Program-made: the position numbers and the translations under genes
The notes under the pieces: model-generated
The model's input: the letters and a program-made list of their open reading frames with translations, nothing else
Databases searched by the model: none
Told to the model about the DNA's origin: nothing
Shown: positions 23,201-35,700 of the stretch, in pieces
Position numbering within the stretch: the stretch's first letter is position 1
How the letters are laid out: the number at the start of each line of letters is the position of its first letter
NCBI GenBank assembly: GCA_963924565.1
Contig: OZ004612.1
Location: 7,068,001-7,132,000 of the forward strand
Source of the DNA: Ascidiella aspersa
Lineage: Eukaryota
Direction of reading: 5' to 3'
Length of the DNA stretch: 64,000 nucleotides

Positions 23201-26200
23201 TAAAAAAGTTGAAAGGAATTGGGTCACCAAATATTCGCTGTTAGCTACCCTTGGCATTTAGGCAGGGAGTCTAACCGGAACCGAAGTGGAACTTTATGAA
23301 CCGGTTTTGGGTCAATTTTTTTCGAACCGTAACCGAACCTGTACCGTTTTTTAAACGACTTTAAGTAGCCGAAGCGGAACTGAACCAAATAATTTGAACG
23401 AACATGAACTTTAAACGAACCCGAACCTGAGCGGTTTGCTCCAGCATGACGTCACAACTTGTATTTTAAAGACTCAAATTATGCCATGTTTAAAATTTTA
23501 TAAACAAATTTGAATATTGATTAAAAAACGTTGATTTTTTTATTTTTAGATATTTAAATAATGAGTTGCTGTTTTCTTAATACGTCACATAACTTTAACT
23601 GAATGACTTACTATTCATAGATTATTCTCTACATTTGTTGACCTACATTTTTAGATTTAACGCAACTTATATTATATCCGAACCGAAACTTTATCAACCG
23701 GTTTTGAAATAACGATGGTCGAACCGGAGCTCAACAGGAACTTTTAAATTGCTCCGAATCGAAACCGAAACTTAACCATATTCCGAAAAAATCCTTGAAC
23801 CCGAACCGAACCTGAACCGGAAAAGGCAAACGGTTCGACTCCCTGTATTTAGGTCGTCGCAAAAATCTAACAAGAAAAAAAGTAATCCCATCGAAAAGGA
23901 ATGGTAGCCCATAATAAAATATATTTTATGCACAGGCTATGATAAACGAATTTACGCTGTTGGGCATTTAGATATTGACTTAGCTGAAACAGATTGGTTT
24001 GGCGACTTCAAGGTTTAGACTTTCTTGCAAATCGTAATTTGAATCGCCCGCAACTTGATTCAGTAATTACTCATTATGCTTCAGGGTAAGTAGATCAGTT
24101 TGTGTAAAAACAAACAAATTGATAAACTTTTTAAAGGTTCACTTTTAGTTTTCGCTTTTTAACCAATACTGATCTAACGCTGAACTTACCGAATTTAGAG
24201 CAGATGTCGTTTTGAGAATCATCGCTTTTCATGCGATAAAATGTTGCTGTAAATAAAAAGGTTGATTTAATATGATTTAAGTTTGCTAGATTTTGTGTAG
24301 TTGGATTTTAAATAAACAGGACATAGGCCTGTACACATAAATGATGTAACAATTTGTTGCATTTATATTATGCAATACGCTAACTTATACTTTAAATTCA
24401 TCTTATTGTTCTAAACTTTGATCTAAATGCTTTTCAATATACTAGAGCCGTCGTCGCAATAGATAATAAAAAAAAAATGTTTTTAACTTATTACACTGGT
24501 GGGTTAAAAATTACACTTACCATTGAAGTAACACACAAAAGGGTTTGCTTTGTCCTCGATGTTGTCCCACTTAGTTGAATTTTTCATCATAATGACATAT
24601 TTTTGATCTTGAAGATCAGACGGCTGACTTGAATGCCAACTGTCGTGATATGTAACGCTGCTTTCATCCGTCCAACGATAAGAAATATTTTGACCTATAT
24701 TTTCTTTAGCGCTCGCGCCTGCGAAGTGCAAATTTATAAGAACAAAATTCAATTTTTAATTAAATACTCCGCCAAACCATTATATAATTTGTAGCAGGAC
24801 AATAAGGACCTGGTATGACGTTGTAATGGCAAATACAGTATGGTGGTGGTATTTTGTTTTACAATAAGGTCTTAAAACCAAGTTACCAAAGTCGAAGAGG
24901 TTCAAAATTGGTCAGGGTGAACATTATTGGAGTTTAAATCAAACAAAAATGAAGAAAAATTTAGTGTCGACAATGTTTTTTTTTTAAATAAGTAAACGCC
25001 TACAAAAAGTACAACAGCCTCGAAGTTATTGCAGCTGTAGGACACGGTCTTGAATATAAATTGTGGTAAACCAGTCGTTTAATAATGTGGTCATAAGTGG
25101 TTCATATTGGGCACGAATGCTTTAATCTATTCTAATTGATTTTCTCATTCAATATTGAGCAATACCCGAAAAGCTAACACAAACAATGCAGCACAAAAAC
25201 AAACCACTATAGTTTTGTTAGAATTACCGCCTGATTTGTTAAAAAATATATTCAAAGTAAAACATTTCTAAAAAAACTGTGACTTTTAGATTGGCTACTC
25301 GTCCATTGAGATCATTACAAAATTGAGTCGCCGACTGCACTAGTTCTCGTGATTAAATTTATTGGAAGTGGTTTTAAACCTATAGGTAAGATTTTCACAA
25401 AATTGATAAAAATTGCGGAAGTAATGCGAATAAATGGCTCATATTAATGAAATTGTAAATCATGGCTGCTATTGTCTTGTTTGTGATGATTTCCTTGATT
25501 ATTAACAATCTACTTAAGAAAGTTGATTTGACAAAATTTCGCTATTATATACTTTAAGTTTGGTGTTTGGGTTGCCGCCTAAAATGTTAATAAACACTGT
25601 TTAAGCAAAATAAAGCCGTTTTAACACCACTTCTGTATATTGAAAATTTGTTCACCTGAGTAGTCATTTATTTGTGACCACAAACTTTCTTACCTATCCA
25701 CATGTCGAAATTGTGTTGTTTACGGATGCAGTCAACGAGTGCGTTTTCGTTTTCGTCTTCGATTTTAGCTAGTTGGCCTGCTTTGTTAGAGCATTCCTTT
25801 CGGGCTTCCGAAAATGTTTTTTGATTTTTTTTCTTTTTCCCGAAAAGTCCATATATCTTTACTCTAGTGCCATCTAGAATGAAAAAAAATATCAAATTCA
25901 AATCCTATACCCTTTGTCGTTCCTATACTGAGAATCGATTCTGCAAAAGCACATCCCAAAAACAAATTATGTCCAATTTAAGATTCAGTATTATTTTCTG
26001 TATTGGAGTACAAAAGTACAAAATAAAAATTATTGGTGTGGATAACATACCTGTTAGTCCCAGTTTGCTTGCGATACCCAGGTCTTTAAAGCAATATTCA
26101 TATACACTTCGACGATCAGTACCATTTAAACCTATAAACATACATTGCTTTATTCGCAAAAAAGTCTGGTCTCGTCCCAACAGGTTTACGAGGGGTAAAA

Positions 26201-26605
26201 TCATTTACGGGAGCAAAAAATAAGAACTAATTCTACTTTTCTTACAATTAGCTCTGAGAAAGCATTCCTCAATTTTATTCAGTGATTTGTTATAAGAAGG
26301 CCTTAACAATTCAAAAAACAACTTTCGCGTGCTCTTTATACTTTACGTTTTGCGACCGGTTTTTAGCACCGTAGAAAGTAGTTATAACATCACAATTGCA
26401 AAAAAAGTTTTACCGTTTAAAAAGTTTTCTTCACACCTTGAATCCATTTTGTTCCGTTGTACAACTTACCTCTCACCCGCACTTTTTCGTTCACTTCGAT
26501 GACCATTCTTTGCCTGAAAGCTGTTAGTTGGTTAGACGACAGATGAGAAAACAAGCAAAAGACGACAAAAGAAAACTGCCGCAATCCTTTCCGAAAACCA
26601 GCCAT
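17230..26605 (-). CDS. Adhesion GPCR copy 2 (type-B CTLD + GAIN/GPS + 7TM + tail), ~1046 aa, apparently intact
   Basis: Exons 26470-26605, 25694-25873, 24521-24718, 24190-24246, 22680-~22957, 21534-21806, 19793-20024, 18824-19321, 17230-18518. Phases 1,1,1,1,0,0,1,1; total 3141 nt, in frame. CTLD WIG/WTD motifs, GPS H-A-T-IFAVML, WMLVEG, CWL, LPALGIPW, NGLQGFF. Confidence 0.88.
23263..23845. mobile_element. Same-site copy of the GAACC-rich hAT MITE in intron 4 of copy 2
   Basis: Same TIRs and CATTTAGG/TATTTAGG flanks as 10553-11143. Confidence 0.85.
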
Positions 26606-29600
26606 GTGTTGTACTGCTAAATCCTTAAACCTGAACAAAACACGTCTAAATTAATATTGGCTCCGATTCAACAACCACATTCCAACATGCTACAACGCAA
26701 ATTGCGATGAACGCTACTTCCAAATAAAAAATATTAAGCAAACAAACGATAGAGCGTCAAAATATAAATTGTTTCACGGTAACTAAATATTTGGAGCGGT
26801 CACAGTCATGCGTCCTAATTAGTGATTGCTAATATGTGTAACACGTTTTGTTCTTGTAGAAATAACCTCATTGTGGAAGAAATAGGCTTTAAGTCTAGCA
26901 TTGTGGACTTCAATGCAAACTTTATTCTCACACAAACTATTCAATTGGTGTCATAACCATCATAATAATCCTGCTATTTGCATCTTTGGTGCTTCGTGAC
27001 CCGTGTTGCAAAATACAAAAACTGACAACGAGATGCGGTTGTGCTTAGCCAGAACGGAAATCGTTTCAATCCTGTTCACTGCTAAACATAATTGCCAAAG
27101 TTTTCATTGAGATGCAAATCAATTTGTTTAGACCACTTTACGAACTGGTTAAGTTTGAGAACATCTGGTGTTAAAGATTGCGAAATTAACAATTGATCCA
27201 TTGTATTGCTATGCGGGCAACACTCGTGCTATCAATGCTAAAAATACATCATCCAGAACGGCTTCTATTTTGCTGTGACGCGATGTACAATAACGTTAAC
27301 TTCCGAGGAAAATCCTAGAAAAAAAAACGATTGTACCTTCTTCGTATTGTGCAGTATAGCAATAATCCAATCATACTTTGTCAGATTCTTTGTGTCCATT
27401 AATCTGTTCAAAATTTTATTTTGTGCTGTCGGACAATAGAATTTGTTTCCGACTTAGAAAGCAAATGTACACTTTTGGTCAGTTAGCACTGTGGTCAGCA
27501 AATAATATATCTCTAAACTAAAACAAACCTCTTTTGTGAAGATATAAACATGTCGATTGTCGAGTGGCTTTGGCAACAATTTCACAAATGCCAATGCGAC
27601 AACTTGGTATTTTCAATGTAGAGGATTTCAAATAGCGTATATGCTGCTTATTTATTTTTTAGCGCATTAAATTCAAATCAAAATTTCGGTTTAATTTGTT
27701 ATAGGATTTTACATTTTACAAAGTCAATTAGATATCAAACTAACTTGCCTATGTTATTTTCCTAGATTAAATTTAATCATGTTGAAACTTATCAGGTTTA
27801 ACTTATTTAAATAGATTTAAATTAACCATGCGTGATAAACCGTTAATGACAAGCAGGGGACGAATTAGGGAAGAAGAAGGGCATTAGGCATTATAAATAC
27901 CAAATGCATATTTTCTATTCTTTTTTCAAATTTTTTTGGCCGTTTTAAGTAATTTAATAAGAATAAAGACGCTGTGCATGTTTTGGCATGTTGCGTCGTG
28001 TAACTAATTTGACGTCTTGTTGTTACATAACTTTATAACTTCATTCCTATAAAATTTAGGCCCCAAACAAAAATCCTAGGTCCGCCACTGAAATCAAGCA
28101 TAGGTGTGAGGCAATATAGGATTGGATTATATACCCGATGCCCCCATGTTACAAAACCATTTTTTTTTTCTAATAATAAATAAAATAGAATATAATTCAT
28201 AAGTTTCTCATTGCTAAGCAATTTGCTAGCCTGTCGACTTGGTAAATATGCCGTTTGTAGGTTTCTATTTCATCAATTGTCCTTTTTTGACCTTAGCAAG
28301 GTCATATGGTAATATCAGATCTGTGTTATTTTTACCCCAAATCCATATAAACAAACCTTACTCATATATGCTTGAAATTAATCGATACCTTGACTTTTAC
28401 TACTGACATGGTAATGTAGGGACGAACTGTTAGTATTTATTGGAAAAACTTAAAAATCTTACACTTTAAAATACCTTAAGGCTACAAACAAGTGAAAAAC
28501 AACCTACAAATTATAGAGACTGATAATATTTTAGCTTTAATTTTTTGTATTATTTTCGTTTGTAAGCATGAAACACTTTTGAGCGGGAAGCATATCAATA
28601 CAAAGTGAAACACTTCGGGAAAAATAACAACAATCAACGACAAAAAGTAAATATAATAAACATAGAAAAATTCATCGAACCTATGATAGGATAGTGTAAG
28701 TGTCACTGGAATGCTTATACATAAAAAAGCATTGGCCCAACGTTTAAACGACCACATAGGATTCAACGAGCAGAATAAAAGAACAAAAAAAGAAAAAAAT
28801 CAAATGAGTAATTACATTAGTTTTCACACAATATAACGGAATAAATACAAATAGTCAAGAAGAAAGTAAAAAGTGCCAATTTATCGTGCTATACAACTCA
28901 AGTTAGAAGACATGCTCCCAATGCTATTATTTCAAAATTAGTCTTAGTTAACTCTGATATTTGGGCGTAACGCATATGCTATATAGCCGAACCGAAAACG
29001 ACCCTATTTTGCCCCGTGTGATTTGAGCATTAAATTATCTGCGGTACATTTTAAAGAGGTACACGAAGAAATAATACAGTAATCGAAATTAACGAGCAAT
29101 ACTGCAATCAATATTCGTTGTAAATTAAAATGCACTGTAAAGAACAAAAGTGGTTGAATGTAAAAATTAAGGCGAGTTACAACTAACACATTTATGAAGA
29201 AGCAAAATTAAAATGCTATACGAAAATACTTCGAATCCCTTAACAAGAAATGACCACCATTCCTGGGTTACCATTGGGTCGCTATACTCCAAAAGTAGCC
29301 TAATGCAAAAAATCATCACTTTAAAAAATGTAGACTGGAGTTTATGTGCCATACAGCTCTAAATAAGTTTTACCGAGTTTCTTTATCTTACAGATAATAC
29401 TAAATGAAGTATATTATTTAACGTGTCTATTTAGTTGTCATATTTAATCATATAATTATAAAAACTGTATAAAAAGTGGTATATTGGAAACAAAAGGTAG
29501 GATTTAAATCACGCAATAGTTCCGGGTGAGCACATAGACACCAAAGTGCTACTTAAAATAACGAACTGAATAGCTGCGCTTTTATCGCACCGGTTTGACA

Positions 29601-29700
29601 ACAGCCGTTTTATTCCATTGGAAACACGAATTGCCGGATATTGTCTATCGCGATCAACTTTCAACCTCAGACGCAATTGTTAATATTCGCATTCAATTGT

Positions 29701-32700
29701 TCACTTGCTATACTTAGAAGTCTTTATATTCTGCTGCCCTCCGTTTAGTGTTTTGCTTACGTTATCCGTCTTTCTTCCATCAGGCAGCCCTTTGATTTGG
29801 GCTATTTTTCTTTCGTTAGCATTTCTGTTTTCGTTAGCCATCCTGTTTTCTAGGATCATCTTGCTGATGTTAGCCATCTTGATTTCGTGAGTCCTCTTGC
29901 TTTGTTGAAGGTCACTCTTGCTTTTCTGAGATGTGGTGATTTTTTGAGTCACCTTGTTTTCCAGAAGTGTTTTTTCATCGTTCAACACTTTTCTGTCGCC
30001 ATTCTTCTTTTTTTCAAAGGCCACCAGGCTTTTCTGGGACATAATTCTGTCGTGGGCCATATCGTTTTGCTTGTCCTTCTTACTTCCATAAGCCGTCTGG
30101 CTTTCTTGGACAATCTTCCTTGTATGGGCCATCTTGCTTTCCTGAGTAATTGTTCCTCCTTCGATTATTCTGTTTCGCCGGGGACCACTATTGTCTTCCT
30201 GAGATGCAGTTCTTTTCCGAGTCATCTTGTTTCCGTGAAACCTCTTTACTTGGTCAGTCATTTTGCTCTTGTGAGCCATCTGAGTTTTCTGGTTGTCGTG
30301 AGTCACATCTTCTTTCTGGTCATGCTGGTTTTCGTAGGACATCTTGCTTTCTTGTACAATCTTGTTTATGTGAGCCATCTTGCTTTCGTGGCTCATTTTT
30401 CTTTCGTGTGACTCCGTGGTTTCGCAAGACACTTTTCGTTTGTTTACCATCCTGCTGTCGTGAGCCATTTTCCTTTCGTGCGACATATTACTTTTGTCAG
30501 CACTTTGAATTTCTTGAACTGCCTTGCTCACGTGAGCCTTATTACCTCCGTGAACTTTTTCGCTTCTCTGAAATGTTTTTCTCTTTTCCGCCATCTTAAT
30601 TTCTTTGACTGTCTTGCTTCCGTGAGCCGTCTGTCTTTTGTCAGAAACTTTTCGTACGTGAGCCGTTGTACTTCCGCGAGACATCTCGTTTTGCTGGTCA
30701 ATCTTACTTGCATAAGCCTTTCTGCTTTCGTGAGCCATCTTTCTTATATGATCCATATTGCTTTCCGACGATGCCTTGCTTTCCGTAACCATGTTGTTTT
30801 CCTTGGTAGACTTTGAACCGACGCTTTCTTTTGCCTTTCTATTTGACCTTGTAAATCGAAGTCGGTCAACAATCGCGTGCCGGACCTCACTGTTAAACAC
30901 CGCGTAGACCAGAAGCAAAAAGAATCCTTGCAGTCCGTTCACCACAGTCGAAAGATAAATAAACACGTTGGACGTTCCTAGAAAAATGACGTTGGGCACT
31001 GTTACTTAATTTTAAGGCAATTTACCGCTTCCTTATCGAATACTAGTGTGCTAAAATAAACAAGGAAAATAATGCATTGCATGGTATTATTGAACGACCA
31101 ACCATAAAAATACGACAAATGTAATTCAAGGTTGAAAATTACCTTGAGGACACCAAGTAAGCAACCGTGTAAACTATAGATATCGGGTCCGAAAGGCTTA
31201 ACTAGATGCGAGGACAACCTTAAAATAAATGCTTTAAACAGACCAATCTAGTTCAAATCTAGGCCTATAGCGCGAAATTTACCAGCAAGGAAGAGTAGAG
31301 CCCACGGAATTCCAAGCGCAGGAAGCAGCATAAGCATGGCTCGGAGTCCTGCTTTGACGTGGATCAGGTTGTTTCCCACCAGTGGATTGTTGTCCTCGCT
31401 ACGTTGGGGCATCGGCCTTAGCTTTTCCTCGGCTTTGCTCATTGCGTAGACAAAGCAACTGACTTTGAGCAAGATGGCAAGATTTACGATTGCAATGGCA
31501 GCGAGGGGAATTATGACGCCGACCAGAAGGATTCCCGAATGTCGACTTAGCCAGCATTGAGCGTAATTGGCCGTTATATTCGGTTTAAAAGCCACCAGCG
31601 GTTCGTCCATGTAGATGTCGTTGAAGAAACCGTAAACTGTTGTTGCGATCACCGCTGCAGAGGGAAAGAGCCAACCGGATGCAAGAAGGCCGATCCTTAC
31701 GCTTCTGGAGGAGCCGAGACGAAGAGCGAAGTCGGAAGTTTTTAGGAAGATGTTCACGCCCTCCACCAACATCCAGGCTCCTTAAGAGACGAGGTAAATT
31801 AGCAACATTTGTTAATGGTACATTTTACGGTTTAAATGTGGTTTTCCACGCCTGACAAATGTTTAGTTTTTACCATACGTAACAACTTATACTTACTGTA
31901 AATAGTTTAACTGAATATTAGTAATCTATAAAGTTCATTTTATCTAAAGCTATGAGGTAAAACTAATTCAAATAATAAAATGGAAGGCCCATAAATTAGA
32001 TACGAAACAAACGTTTAAAAAAGCGCAAAACGGAGCAGTTATTAAACAAACTATTTATTCTGCAATATGCTATGTTCAACATAATGAAATTTACTAAACT
32101 TTAAAGTTAAATTCAATTTATTTAAAAATTGCCAAATGATTTCAGGTAAAAAAACTTGCGTTACAGCCACAATTCCCCGATTCAACTGTCTGGGCGAATG
32201 GTTGTTAATTTCAACATTTGCGTTATGTTCTAAATTGAGGTTTTCCTTCACCTGAACTCAGCATTGCGAAATGCTGCGCGACCGCCAACACCTGACAAGC
32301 AAGTTGGTCGTCCAAGGCAAAGTCTTGAACCAAGTTGCCCAAATGCAGCAGCAATAGGCAAGCGGCCAGATGTATCTGCACAACGGTTCGGCCGCTTTTG
32401 ACCTTTCGTTTGGCCCCTAGCAAAGCGATGATCGTCAGTACGAGTGAGAAAGAAGAAACGCAGCCGGTGACGTAACCGAGAATCTGTGTACAGCAAAAAA
32501 TTAGAAACAAGCAACTAATGGTCAACTCGCTCCTTTTGTGGTTGATCCACGCCAGTTCATTTCAATCAGAGGCATTTTAAGGTAAGCGGGGATTCGTTTG
32601 GCAGACAAAAAATCTAAAAATTCATGAAAACCCCAAACCGCCATTTACATGCCTTATGCATATCACATGACAAAATTCAGTGCTATAAAGTTTTGTAAAA

Positions 32701-35700
32701 CTCTTTACATTTTAAGGTTTTAAACCTGGGTCACTCAAAACGCGAAGGAACATGCCCGGGAACCCTTAAAATGGCGTAAAAATATAGACAAATTAAAATG
32801 GCGTACTATTACTATCAATTGCGATTTGTGTTATGCCGAAGCAGGCGGATATACGTTGGTCACTACGTCATTCCCTGTGGTGCCAATCTTGTAAACCAGC
32901 CAATGTTCTTTTATTTCTTTTAACTGAGGCGTCAAACATTCTCGCTTCGTTTATTAAATCCAGCCTTATAGTGTTGGCGTATATGCTACCGAGATGTTTA
33001 CATGTTTCGTCATATGCCATGCTGCTGTTTTTTTATTACTATAACCTTTGTCGGACCGCCGTGACGAATTCGAACGCAGTAACGAAATCTTATTCTAAAT
33101 TAGGCGATTTGCACAACCAAACAGACTACAGCCATACCTTATTGGCAAAGCTGACGGCCACGTTTTAAACTTAAAATCGTTGCCAAAGTATACGCTATTA
33201 TGATTCGATGTAATTCTTGTTATTTTTTAAATTACTTATCGAATAAATCCAAATGCTCGTGTTTGCCATGAAAATCAAAACTTACAGACAATTAGAGTAA
33301 ATAATAACGGTAAGTGTTGGAATGCATATCCATTGCGATAAATGCGTTTATCCCAATGTAAAATTTTATTTCCGTAGTATAACAATATTGTCTCAAAGAT
33401 GCCCAAAACTGTGTTACTGCTCCAATTCGATGTATAAAAAACAATAAAGACTAGAATTTTTCTTGGCTAGAATTTTAGGGCTCTATAAATAGTAAGGATA
33501 TTAATACTATACAATAATAATAAAGCGAATTGTTGCCACATGTTAGAAAATGTCACTTTAACCAAGTGGTGGACCATGGCGTAGGATATTGATGGGGTCA
33601 ATTGCTTTAGGAATGACTTAACTTTTTCACGTGACGTCATAAAGCACCTAACCTTTAAATAACATTTTGTTGTCCAGCGAATTCAATATTTTTCGAAAAT
33701 AACAGCATTTGTAGTCTAATTTAGTATGAACTTCAGTGGTTATGAATTTATACCAGGTAACATGACATATAAGTATAACATCTTTGGGCTGAATTGATAA
33801 CGGACAAAAGCGAAGTAAAAATGAATAGAAACTTAATATTTTGTCACAGTTTATAATAACATAATAAAAGGTTAAATAGTTTGAAAAGGATGCAAGGCTT
33901 TTTGCTTCCCTGTGTCCTCCCTTGCATATGTCATTTAGGCATTACTCGGGTATCAGTTTTACCTTAGCTGGATATGGTATGACGACAGCTTCCACGGTTA
34001 GCATGACAGCAAAGATGGTGGCGTGGTTCGAAGCGCAGGCGACTTTTCCCTGCTCTATCCCGACCAGCGTCATTCCATTAGCCTCAAAATCTCCCGTACT
34101 GGTGTTGTAGAACACGCAGCGAAGTTTGGCACTTCGCAGAATTAAGGTTCCACTAGTGTTGCTTCTGTAGCTTTTCACCGAGTAGATTGACCTGATTATG
34201 TCAGTCATGTTGCTGGTCCGAACTTCGTAGCTTAACTTAAAGGGTAAATGTTAAGTCACAACATTGCTTGACAACGGCAATTTTAACGTAGCGTATAGCT
34301 TTATTATCGTAAGATAAAAATTACATGCAAGCCTAAACTCACGAATTGCCCTACTTCGGTCACATAAACCTAAGTGAAAATCGATCTTCATGGTCTAATA
34401 TAGTTGACTTAAGTATACTGTAGTTAAATATGCACCAGTGTTCATGGGTGTAACATAATCTAAATATATATAATATACAATCTACAAAAATAAGACACAG
34501 ACATTACATAAAACGTTTTAGAATAGAAAACGTGGAATTTTCGTTTTCTTAACTTTTTATTATTAGGATTTTGTTACGCATCATTCATAGTGGAGTAAAA
34601 AAAATTATCATGGAATGGTAAATCATTAGTGCACTTAAGTGATTTAAATTAAGTGCACGTAAGTTACTGATTTTAACTTATTAACCTAAGTCTTTTGGGC
34701 AAAATCACTTAAACTCTTTCGGACAAATAAGTTTACTTTGCTTAAGTGTTTCGTTTATGTTTGTTTCAATTTATTTAGTTTTATTGCAATATCTGTTAGT
34801 AAAACTGCTTGATATAGTTATATATCACGTTTTGTTGTTCGCTATTTAAAACAACTCTCCAGATCGGACAAGTTTAACAAATATAATAGTTTAACATTTT
34901 ATGTATATTGATGTAAATGACTTGACTTGGACTCAAAATGACTTGGACTAACTTGACTTCATGTGTTAAATTATTCATAATTTACTTTTTTTTACGAATG
35001 ATTGAAGTAAGACCTAAAAATGACTGGCTTACAATACAGTAAACATTGAAAAATTGCAGCAAAAATACGCTTACTGTAACATTCCCCAATTTTTTCGCGG
35101 GTGTAACTCCCATTAGGGTTCCCATCATAAAGTTGCCCAAAATGGTTCCCTGTTCCTTTAAAGATTTGTTGGCACCCCATTGGTTGACCGGTGGGTAAAA
35201 ATTGATTAATTCCATTCCAACTGCCTCGGGTGTAATAAATGACGTCAGAGATACGTCATCGAACTGGTAGCTAGTCGAGTTTCCAGGCTCGTGCATGACG
35301 TATTCTACTTTTAGGTCGTTTTGTGAACAAGGCTTGCCTACTTTGGCAAAAGGAGAGTAGTTTATTCAAGTATCAAAACAAGATTATTTTAGTAGAAAAA
35401 TTTATTATTTAATAAAACGTAGAACAAGCACAACAAGCTTTACTAAATGGTTTCTTTCCTTGGGAAGAAACACAAAAAAAAATACATACAGATACAGCTT
35501 ACAGACGTAACACTGCACTCACCCAATTTAAAGCAGATGTCGTTATAAGAATCGTCGCCGACGATATGGAAAAATGTCGCTGTCAATAAAATGCACAAAG
35601 CAATTTGTTAACTTAACGTCGCTCGCCCCACATATTCGATTGAACCCTCTATCAAAAACTGTTGGACAACCCTGACTTTAACCAAAGCTGTTAAAACACA

